From: a virus
Reading direction: 5' to 3' (one strand)
Length of the DNA stretch: 48,617 nt
IMG/VR virus record: IMGVR_UViG_3300019458_000022
Shown here: one piece after another, positions 10,092-17,832 of the stretch
Numbering within the stretch: position 1 is the stretch's first letter
Layout: every line of letters begins with the position of its first letter
The notes under the pieces: model-generated
Seen by the model: only the letters and a program-made list of their open reading frames with translations
Database searches by the model: none
Told to the model about the DNA's origin: nothing
Translations under genes and position numbers: made by a program

Positions 10092-11789
10092 TTAAAACAG
10101 CTTTTTCAGGTCCTTAGCCTCCATTATAAGGTCGGCCAGTTCCTTCTTCGCCTTGAGCGCATCCAGGATCTTCTCCTCGATCGAGTCCTCGCAGATAACG
10201 TCGAAGTAGGTCACGCTCTGGTGGCGCTCCGAGCCTTTCCTGAAGTTCCGGCCCTCGGCCTGTTCCCGGACGCCGAGACTCCATTCTACCGAATAGAAGA
10301 TCGCGGTGTCGCTCATCCAGAGGTCCAGACCGACGCCGCCGGTACGGATCTGGGCGATGAAGATCTGGGACGGTCCAACCTCCCAGGTATTGTCCTCCCG
10401 GCGTCGGCCCCGGAAGTCCAGGAGCGCCGCGTCCTTGGCCTCCTGCCCCATCGAGCCGAAGAACTTGGTGCATTTGTACTTCTGCGAAAGCAGGTTATAC
10501 AGGCTGATGATGTCGTGGATGAAACGGCACCAGATGATGACCTTTTTGTCGGGCTCACCCATGATCTCGTCCAGGATGCCCTCGATTTCCTTCCCCTTGT
10601 TGGTCGGGATCTCGACCAGTTCGCGGTTCTCGTCCATCGCGTGGCCGCAGCAGATCTGCTGGAGCTTGAGGAGCCGGACGAGCGCGTTCTGGATAACGAT
10701 CGCGCGCGGCAGCCCCTGCTTCTGGGCGTCCTCGATGAAGACGACGAACTCCTTCCTGGCCTCGTCGTAGAGCTTCTTCTGCTCGGCCGTCATCTCGACC
10801 CGGCGGGTCTGGTAGTTCCTCGGAGGAAGATCCTTCAAGCAGTCCTCCTTCTTGTAGCGGATGCCGATCGAGTACAGGCGCCGGGTCATTTCGTCGAGGT
10901 TCTTGTAGCCGATGGCGCCTCCGGGCGCGTCGCTGGCCATGAGGAACGTGTTCTTGAAGATCAGGAACGAATATCCGAACCAGAAGGTGTCAAGGAACTG
11001 GTATTGGCTGAAGATGTCCACGGGCTTGTTCCAAATGGGCGTTCCCGTGAGCGCGATGCGGTACCGGATGTTGGAGCAGATCTTCTTCAGGTGCTTCGAC
11101 TGCTTGGCCTTGTGGTTCTTGATCTGGGTGCTCTCGTCCGCCACGACCATGTCGAAACCGACTTTGCGGAGATCGTCCCGGAGGACGCGCACCCCTTCGT
11201 AGTGGATGAGGTAGATCGTGAGCCTTCCTTCCTCGACCGGGTCCTGAAGGATCTTGATCCTCTTGGGCTTCGATCCCCGAACGATCCGGATGTCGATATT
11301 CGGCACCGTGGCAAAATGCCGGATCTCGTCGGCCCACTGTAGGTGAATGGACATCGGCGCGACCACGAGCGCCTTCCGGACGCCGTTCTTGGCGAATCGG
11401 TAGCAGATGATGTCGATTGCGGTCCGGGTTTTTCCGAGACCGGTCGCGAGAAGCAGGATGGCCTGGTCAAGCCACGTCCCGAACCAGAAGGACGTCCGCT
11501 GATGATCGAACGGCGGAGGTTGGTCCGGCTTCCACTGGTAGTCGATCGTGCCCGGCGTGCGCGCGCCGTCGAGCTTGATCCGAAGGGAGTCGAGGAAGGC
11601 GGGGATCGAGGCTTCGATCTGGCAATCCGGGTGTTTCTGGAAGTATTGGATGGCGTCTAGCGTGAGCGGAATCGCGTAATTGCCAGGAACCTTGTTCTTC
11701 TCGCCCTTCAGGATGTGAACGACGTTCCGGACCGAGTCGTCCTGGCAGCCGTCTAGATGGAGAACCTTCTCACGAAGTTCAAGCCGCAT
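10092..11789 (-). CDS. SNF2-family (SF2) helicase
   Basis: ATGLGKT, VADEST, ALTGTP, GGVGLDL, QAEGRNFRKG. Confidence 0.9.
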   Translation of the reverse strand: MRLELREKVLHLDGCQDDSVRNVVHILKGEKNKVPGNYAIPLTLDAIQYFQKHPDCQIEASIPAFLDSLRIKLDGARTPGTIDYQWKPDQPPPFDHQRTSFWFGTWLDQAILLLATGLGKTRTAIDIICYRFAKNGVRKALVVAPMSIHLQWADEIRHFATVPNIDIRIVRGSKPKRIKILQDPVEEGRLTIYLIHYEGVRVLRDDLRKVGFDMVVADESTQIKNHKAKQSKHLKKICSNIRYRIALTGTPIWNKPVDIFSQYQFLDTFWFGYSFLIFKNTFLMASDAPGGAIGYKNLDEMTRRLYSIGIRYKKEDCLKDLPPRNYQTRRVEMTAEQKKLYDEARKEFVVFIEDAQKQGLPRAIVIQNALVRLLKLQQICCGHAMDENRELVEIPTNKGKEIEGILDEIMGEPDKKVIIWCRFIHDIISLYNLLSQKYKCTKFFGSMGQEAKDAALLDFRGRRREDNTWEVGPSQIFIAQIRTGGVGLDLWMSDTAIFYSVEWSLGVREQAEGRNFRKGSERHQSVTYFDVICEDSIEEKILDALKAKKELADLIMEAKDLKKLF

Positions 11790-11801
11790 TGCGCCCCGGA
11801 A

Positions 11802-12251
11802 CTACCGGTCGTGGATCGTGGGCGTCCGCACGTTCATGCGAACGTCCATCTGCGTCGCCACGAGGTCCCGGTTTCCCCCGTGGGCGTAGGATTCTATCCA
11901 TTGCCTCGCCCGGAGCGCCATCTTCTTCTCGTACTTGTGAAGCTCGATCATCCGCTCGAAGACGCGCTCTTTGATCCCTCTCCCCAGGGCCGCGTCGCAC
12001 AGAATCCGGTGGAACATCGTCTGGAGGAGCCTGAAGGGATTCTTGAGTTCCCGGATCTCGACGGCGTCCAGGGCCTCGAAGTCGCCTTCATCATGTTCCC
12101 AGGTGAACTCCTCCAGCATCTCCGCGACCTTGGCTTTCACCAGGTTTTCGGCGGGTTCCATGAACCGCCACTCCATCTCCTCGACGAGTTCCGCCGGAAG
12201 ACGGACGAGGAAATTGACCATCCGGCCCTTCTGGCTTCTGTCGGGGCTCAT
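11802..12251 (-). CDS. Hypothetical protein, possible N-terminal ribbon-helix-helix
   Basis: MSPDRSQKGRMVNFLVRLPAELVEEME; ATG overlaps the upstream stop. Confidence 0.55.
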   Translation of the reverse strand: MSPDRSQKGRMVNFLVRLPAELVEEMEWRFMEPAENLVKAKVAEMLEEFTWEHDEGDFEALDAVEIRELKNPFRLLQTMFHRILCDAALGRGIKERVFERMIELHKYEKKMALRARQWIESYAHGGNRDLVATQMDVRMNVRTPTIHDR

Positions 12252-12559
12252 ACGCGCGGTGCCTTGGTGAAATCGACCGCGTGCCCGTGCTGGTCCTGGT
12301 ACTGGGCAGGCGCCTGGATCACCTTCTCGTCGATCATCTTGTTGTAGGTGATCCCGCAGGTCCGGCAGATGTACTGGTCCACGACGAAGACGTGGACGTC
12401 GATCTTCGTCGGCAGGACCACGCATTTCGCGAGATCCGGCACCAGCGGATGGGCGATCTGGTGCCCGGCCTTGAGGAGGAAGGCGTTCGCGCCGTTCTCC
12501 TTGCAGATCGGGCACGGATGGACCGGCTTCGATGCCTTGACGTCGGCGGCTTCGGCCAT
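12248..12559 (-). CDS. Small Zn-binding hypothetical protein
   Basis: CPIC and CRTC pairs; GGAGAG upstream of MAEAAD. Confidence 0.6.
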   Translation of the reverse strand: MAEAADVKASKPVHPCPICKENGANAFLLKAGHQIAHPLVPDLAKCVVLPTKIDVHVFVVDQYICRTCGITYNKMIDEKVIQAPAQYQDQHGHAVDFTKAPRV

Positions 12560-12623
12560 GAGGTTCTCTCCTCTCCGGTAATCGAGTTCGAGTTGACGCC
12601 CTAATGGATGATCGAGCGACGGA

Positions 12624-12929
12624 TCACGCCTCCGCATCCCGAGTCGGTAGAAGCCGGTCGGCAACCCACGCGACGGCCTTCTTCTTGGTCATCCCCTCCT
12701 TCACCGCGAGTCCAATAAAAGTGGTCCGGAGCCGACGCCATCCCTCCGGCCGCGGGTGCTTTCGACCGTTTTCCCAGTCCCGGATCGTGGAGGCGTGGAC
12801 ATTCAGCAGTTCGGCGAACTGATCGCGCTCGAATCCGAAATAGGCGCGCAGCGTCCTGATGCCGGATTGCTTCCGCTTCCTCTTCTTCGGAGTTTCGGCC
12901 GTCGAAGGGGGCGTTCCTGACTCACTCAT
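12624..12929 (-). CDS. XRE-family HTH transcriptional regulator
   Basis: IRTLRAYFGFERDQFAELLNVHASTIRDWENGRKHP; first gene of the left arm. Confidence 0.85.
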   Translation of the reverse strand: MSESGTPPSTAETPKKRKRKQSGIRTLRAYFGFERDQFAELLNVHASTIRDWENGRKHPRPEGWRRLRTTFIGLAVKEGMTKKKAVAWVADRLLPTRDAEA

Positions 12930-12944
12930 AGGTCGTTTCAGCCT

Positions 12945-13155
12945 CTCCAATGAGTCATTGGAGTCAGCATTCTCTCCTAAATCGTCGGCGTCCTCAAGAC
13001 TTTTGCGCCTAACGAATCCAAAAAAACGCGCTCTGACGCCCTTATAACGCTATGAAAAACACCAAGTCCGCATTTTGGAGACTCTACGAAAACACTACAA
13101 GAACACGACGATGCGAGTGTAAAATAGCGCTGTTCTGACTCACACGATGAGTCAG
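12945..13155. promoter_or_regulatory. Divergent promoter/operator region
   Basis: AT-rich gap; palindrome CTCCAATGA-G-TCATTGGAG (12945-12963); leftward TTGAGG-17-GAGAAT; rightward TAAAAT (13120-13125); inverted repeat CTGACTCA-N5-TGAGTCAG (13135-13155). Confidence 0.7.
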
Positions 13156-13175
13156 CGCGAGAGGAGGCGTTTTCT

Positions 13176-15587
13176 ATGGCAGAGGAGAAAATCGGAACCC
13201 TGAACGCCCCGGCTTCCGCAGGAGCAACGGCCGATGCGAGCGACGAGCGCGCCGCGATCGAGGCGGAGCGCAAGGAGATCGAGGCTCTTGAGGCGAAGGT
13301 CCAGACGGATGAGGAGCGCTTCACGCTCAGGAAGCGCCGCGAGGATCTCGGCGAACGGCAGAAGCGCATCCAGAAGCTCGCGGATGCGGAGGAATCCCGC
13401 CGTCAGGAGGAGATCGACGAGAAGAGGCAGCAGGTCGAATCGGACAGGAAGGACAAGGAGAAGCGCCGCCAGGAGGACTCCCTCCGGAAGCAGGCCGAGG
13501 ACGAGGAGAAGGCGTTCGTCGCCGACCTCTGCGCGGTCCTGCCGGACGACGAGCGCAACCAGTTGTCCTGGGCGCTCTTCAAGATCGAACCCGGGAAGGG
13601 CGAAAGCCAGGTCACGAACATCCCGCTCTCGCCCGAACTCAACATCTACGACACCGTGCGGAGCCACTGCCCGGAAGGGGGCGAGTTCCACCTCAAACTC
13701 ATGAAGGGCGGCGTCTTCGCCACCCGGCGCGCGCTGGCTGGAATGGTCCGATCCGACGAGGCCAAGGCCGCGATCCAGGACATGCCCCTCCACTTCAAGG
13801 TCCGCCTTTACGAGAAGGACAAGGACGAATACCCGCGGGAGGGCTACGGGCGCCTCAGACCGGAATGGGGCGGCGTCCGGCGCTACGGCGGCTATGACCG
13901 ACCGCCCGGGGAGTACTACGGCCTGCCCGGATACCGTGGCGGACGGCCGCCCATCACCGCCGAGCACATCGAGCTTCAGCGCGACCGGGAGCGCGAGGAG
14001 CGGGAGGAGCGCAAGGAGATGCGTCAGCAGGTCGCCCAAGAGCGCGCCAAGACCATGGACGATCTCAAGGATGAACGCGACCGGCGGCTCTCCGAGCAGC
14101 GCGAGCACTTCAACCAGCAGATGAACCTGCTGACCACCCTGATCAAGGAAGGACGCACGCCGACCAACCAAGGGGACGCCCTCATCAAGGCGCTCCAGGA
14201 GAACCACACGGGCCAGATGAGCCTCATCCGGGAAAGCTACGACAAGCAGATGACGGCGCTCCAGGATGAGGTCAAGCGCCTTCGGGAAAAGGCCGAAGCG
14301 CCGCCCCCCGCGGACGGGAAGAAGGACGACAGCCTGGCGATGTTCCAGATGATGAAGGAGTCCTCGTCGATCCAGGCGACCGTCCTCAAGGAATCGAACG
14401 AGGCCGCGCGGCGCGCATCCGAAGCACAGGCGAACGCGGCCAAGGATGCCGCGATCGCTCAGGCCCAGGCGATGAAGGAGGCGACCGCGTCCCAGGCCGA
14501 GGCGCTCAAGGCCGCGCTCACGAACCAGGCCGACGTCCAGAAGCAGATCATCTCGATGCAGACCGACAGCATGAAGGAGATGGTCGGGCGGATGATGACC
14601 GACTTCAAGGGCACGATCGAGAACATGCTCAAGCAACAAGAGCGCGACCGGGAAGCCGTGCTCAACGAGCGGAAGGCCGAACGGGAGGCTTCGGAAAAGG
14701 AACGCGAGCGCGAGCGCGAACTCTTCAAGGGCGAGCGCGAGCGCGACCGCGAGATGAACAAGAACATGATCGAACTCTGGCGCGAGCAGGCCACGAAGAA
14801 GGGCGGCTCCGAGCAGATGCTCGACCAGGTCATGAAGATGGCCTCGACGGTGATGACGACGACCGGGAAGTCGATCGAGGCCCAGCTTGCCGTGGCGTCG
14901 AAGGTGAACAAGATGGTCCGGAAGATGGACCGCGAGGACGAGGATGAGGAGGAGGAGGACGAGGACAAGAAGAAGTCGGACTTCGACAAGATCCTGGACG
15001 TCGTCCAGCCTCCGCTCATGAAGGTGCTCGACATCGCGCTGGAGCAGGCCCGGCAGGGAAAGCCGACCGACCAGATTCACGCGGAGGCCGAGAAGCTCCT
15101 CCAGGAGCAGATGAGAAACCAAGCCGAGGAGCATCGTAGGCGCGGGGCGGGTGAAGCCGAGGAGCCTGCCGGGGGTACCGCCAGGCGCAAGGAAACGAAA
15201 CAGGAAGACGAAGGAGGAGGAGACATGCTGGAGTCGATGCTGGAGGAGTACCGGGACGATGTCATCCCCGTGATCGTCGCCGCGATCGAGAAGAACGCGG
15301 ACGAGGACTGGCTCACGGGGATGGTCATGTCGCCGGACTTCCCGCCCGCGGCCAGGACCGGGCTGGCGCTTCTCCCGATCAAGAAGGTGATGGAGAAGCT
15401 CATCAAGTTCGCGACCGACGAGGAGAAGGCGGTCCTCAACGCGAACGGCGCCGTGGACTACTTGGTCCGAATCCAGAACCGGATGATCGAGGTCCAGAAG
15501 AAGCTGAAGGAGGCGGAGCGCGAGATGGAGGCCCAGGAGGCGGCTAAGCCCGCGGCGGCTCCTGCGGCGAAACCCGCGGGGCAATAA
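13176..15587 (+). CDS. Large charged coiled-coil protein, function unknown
   Basis: 803 aa, E/K/R/Q/M-rich helical composition, GGAGG RBS. Confidence 0.8.
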   Translation: MAEEKIGTLNAPASAGATADASDERAAIEAERKEIEALEAKVQTDEERFTLRKRREDLGERQKRIQKLADAEESRRQEEIDEKRQQVESDRKDKEKRRQEDSLRKQAEDEEKAFVADLCAVLPDDERNQLSWALFKIEPGKGESQVTNIPLSPELNIYDTVRSHCPEGGEFHLKLMKGGVFATRRALAGMVRSDEAKAAIQDMPLHFKVRLYEKDKDEYPREGYGRLRPEWGGVRRYGGYDRPPGEYYGLPGYRGGRPPITAEHIELQRDREREEREERKEMRQQVAQERAKTMDDLKDERDRRLSEQREHFNQQMNLLTTLIKEGRTPTNQGDALIKALQENHTGQMSLIRESYDKQMTALQDEVKRLREKAEAPPPADGKKDDSLAMFQMMKESSSIQATVLKESNEAARRASEAQANAAKDAAIAQAQAMKEATASQAEALKAALTNQADVQKQIISMQTDSMKEMVGRMMTDFKGTIENMLKQQERDREAVLNERKAEREASEKERERERELFKGERERDREMNKNMIELWREQATKKGGSEQMLDQVMKMASTVMTTTGKSIEAQLAVASKVNKMVRKMDREDEDEEEEDEDKKKSDFDKILDVVQPPLMKVLDIALEQARQGKPTDQIHAEAEKLLQEQMRNQAEEHRRRGAGEAEEPAGGTARRKETKQEDEGGGDMLESMLEEYRDDVIPVIVAAIEKNADEDWLTGMVMSPDFPPAARTGLALLPIKKVMEKLIKFATDEEKAVLNANGAVDYLVRIQNRMIEVQKKLKEAEREMEAQEAAKPAAAPAAKPAGQ

Positions 15588-15597
15588 GCCCCTTTCC

Positions 15598-15627
15598 TTG
15601 ACGGACGTTCGGAATCGCCCGTATAAT
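15598..15627 (+). promoter_or_regulatory. Sigma70-like promoter
   Basis: TTGACG-18 nt-TATAAT. Confidence 0.75.
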
Positions 15628-15704
15628 CCTTTCCGACGAGCGAGTCAGTCCGGAAAGGGCTGGCTCGGCCTGGAAGAGGAGGCCGACGAAAGGACGAGTT
15701 CTTG

Positions 15705-16445
15705 ATGTATATCGACGGCCACCCTCGCGGGCCTCGACGGGATCGCGGGCATTCCCGACACGATCTGGAAGACCATCTCGGATTCTATGGAGGAGGCGCG
15801 GGAGGACTGGGCGATCTCTCGGAAGAGGCATACGGTCGGCCTCCTTATCCCGAGATGGGATACGTGGCCGCGGCGACCGACGCGAAGGGGACGCTCTTCA
15901 ACATCGAGGACTCCGACCGCGGCACGGAAGCGACCGTCGAGAAGATGGCGGAATTGGTCAAGAAGGGGTCGTTCGATCCCTTCGTGATCAAGAACGCCAT
16001 GCGGATCGTCCGCGCCGCTGGAGTTCCCCGGAAGGCTTACCTCAAGGAGATCGAGGCGCTCTTCAGGTACGCGCAGGGAACCCATCCGACGCTTCCCGGC
16101 CTCCGCTACTTCAAGGACACCTGGCACGCGGAGAAGCTCCAGAGCGCGCGGCGCACCGAGGAATTCGGGGGCTCTGATTGTGACGACCTCGTCATTCATC
16201 TCGGTGCCCATCTACTGAGCATAGGGCATGGGCCGATACGCCTGGTGGTGGTCGCCGCAGATCCTCAGCGTCCGGACGAATACTCCCATGTGTACATGTG
16301 GGTCGCTCACCCCGAAGGAAACGCGGTCGATCCAGAAGACGGCTCGCGCTGGATTCCGCTCGACCCGACCGTTGGAAAGCCGATGGGCTGGGAAGTCGAG
16401 AACCCGTTCCGGAAAGCGTACTTCCAGGTGAGCCGTGCCGACTAA
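15705..16445 (+). CDS. Transglutaminase-like (papain-fold) cysteine enzyme, putative maturation protease
   Basis: Catalytic triad motifs GSDCDDL, SHVY, WIPLDPT; begins MYIDG. Confidence 0.75.
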   Translation: MYIDGHPRGPRRDRGHSRHDLEDHLGFYGGGAGGLGDLSEEAYGRPPYPEMGYVAAATDAKGTLFNIEDSDRGTEATVEKMAELVKKGSFDPFVIKNAMRIVRAAGVPRKAYLKEIEALFRYAQGTHPTLPGLRYFKDTWHAEKLQSARRTEEFGGSDCDDLVIHLGAHLLSIGHGPIRLVVVAADPQRPDEYSHVYMWVAHPEGNAVDPEDGSRWIPLDPTVGKPMGWEVENPFRKAYFQVSRAD

Positions 16446-16974
16446 GGCCGCACTCGTCGAGATCGAGGAGGTTCCTTTTGGAATCCGAAAAACCCTGGAG
16501 CAGATGGAAAAGCTTTCAATCCGCGGCGCGCGAGATCCATTCGTCATCATGAACGCGATGAGGCTCGTGAACGCGCTCGGCATCCCCAGGAAGGCTTACC
16601 TCAAGGAGATCGAGGCGCTGCTCCAGTACGCGCAGGGAATCCATCCGGAGTTCGGGGGGCTGCGATACGCGCGCGACCCTCGCGAGGTCATGGAGTCGCC
16701 GCGGATGACCGAGGAGTACGGTCACGGCGACGCCTCGGATCTCGCCGTCTGGCTCGCGGCCCATCTCCTGGCGATCGGGCATGGGCCGGTACGGTTCGTC
16801 GCGATCTCCGCCAAGGATCGTCCGGACGATTTCGTTCACGTCTATCTGCACTACGGGAACCCGGAAGGAAAGCGATTCCGATGGATCGCGCTCGATCCGA
16901 CCGTCGAGGAGCCGATGGGCTGGGAATACCCGGACGCGGCGAAGAAGGTCTACTACGACGTGGGGAAACAGTGA
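16435..16974 (+). CDS. Transglutaminase-like paralogue lacking the catalytic Cys
   Basis: Aligns with the previous gene (DPFVI.NAMR, PRKAYLKEIEAL, HVY, WIALDPT) but has GDASDL in place of SDCDDL. Confidence 0.75.
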   Translation: MPTKAALVEIEEVPFGIRKTLEQMEKLSIRGARDPFVIMNAMRLVNALGIPRKAYLKEIEALLQYAQGIHPEFGGLRYARDPREVMESPRMTEEYGHGDASDLAVWLAAHLLAIGHGPVRFVAISAKDRPDDFVHVYLHYGNPEGKRFRWIALDPTVEEPMGWEYPDAAKKVYYDVGKQ

Positions 16975-17396
16975 TGGGCTTGAGCGGTCGTCAGATCCTG
17001 GCCGGGGTCGGCCTCGTCGGAGCGCTCGCCGGAATCGGCGTTCTCGCAGTCATCAACCGGAAGCGGAGTGACCGGGAGCGCGCGGAGATGGACGGTCTTG
17101 GTCTCGACGCGAAAGGCAGGCGCGCGTACGCCAAGCACGAGGAAGTGAACTGGGGCCGGAAACCCGGCCGCATGATCGTAGTCCGCGAGGGACGTCGCAA
17201 GCGCGACCAGAAGTACCTGGTCGAGATCGGCAACCTGGAGGCGGTCGTCTACCGTTCGCCGAAATCCGGCAACGAGGAGAAGTACCTCCACTTCTTCGAT
17301 TCTCCGAACCCGGTGCTCGCGACGGATTCCAAGGGCAAGCGCCTTTTCATCGTCGGCGGAAAGGCCCAGGTGGACGAGCGGGGAATCGTCGGCTGA
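16974..17396 (+). CDS. Membrane-anchored putative virion protein
   Basis: ATG overlaps the upstream stop; N-terminal hydrophobic helix, MDGLG, then a beta-rich domain. Confidence 0.7.
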   Translation: MGLSGRQILAGVGLVGALAGIGVLAVINRKRSDRERAEMDGLGLDAKGRRAYAKHEEVNWGRKPGRMIVVREGRRKRDQKYLVEIGNLEAVVYRSPKSGNEEKYLHFFDSPNPVLATDSKGKRLFIVGGKAQVDERGIVG

Positions 17397-17407
17397 GCAT
17401 ATTCTAT

Positions 17408-17447
17408 TTGACGTCGAGGTTGGACTCACACTATAATCATGTGAGTC
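17408..17447 (+). promoter_or_regulatory. Sigma70-like promoter with overlapping operator
   Basis: TTGACG-18 nt-TATAAT; the -10 box is flanked by the inverted repeat GACTCACA...TGTGAGTC. Confidence 0.75.
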
Positions 17448-17690
17448 ATGGGAGACTCCTCACCCGAAAGGAGTGGGGAGAAGAGGCGAGAGGACGAGCA
17501 GGCTCGTCTTCTCGAATCGCTCTTTAGGAATGCGAAAGGCTTTGTCTCGCTGTTCGACAAGAGCGGCGTGAGCATGAGCCCGACCATCACGAACGTCTCG
17601 ATGGGGAACATCGAGCTTCGGGAGGACGGGTTCGAGGTCGAGGTGAAGCTCACGCTAAAGCTGTCGATGACCGAGAGGAAACAAAGCTGA
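17448..17690 (+). CDS. Small hypothetical protein in its own transcription unit
   Basis: 80 aa between a promoter and a terminator; no obvious RBS (short leader). Confidence 0.55.
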   Translation: MGDSSPERSGEKRREDEQARLLESLFRNAKGFVSLFDKSGVSMSPTITNVSMGNIELREDGFEVEVKLTLKLSMTERKQS

Positions 17691-17723
17691 AACCCCGCGG
17701 CAGCGCTTAGGCGGCTTCGGTCG

Positions 17724-17794
17724 AAAAGCCCCCTGCGGTGGTTCGGAGGCGGAGATTTCCGCCCGCACGAGCCATCGCAGGGGGTTTTTGTTTT
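17724..17794 (+). terminator. Intrinsic terminator-like structure
   Basis: AAAAGCCCCCTGCG...CGCAGGGGGTTTTTGTTTT with inner stem GGCGGA/TCCGCC. Confidence 0.6.
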
Positions 17795-17832
17795 CCAGGA
17801 AAAACGTTGAGTCAGATTGAAGGAGGATCGGC

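Noticed and set aside
13152-15584. 810-aa minus-strand ORF
   Set aside because: Antisense shadow of the 13176 gene; the L/V/R/H-rich composition is typical of reverse frames in GC-rich DNA
13176-15587. Tail tape-measure or SMC protein call
   Set aside because: No tail genes nearby, no TM or Trp/Phe periodicity, and no Walker motifs
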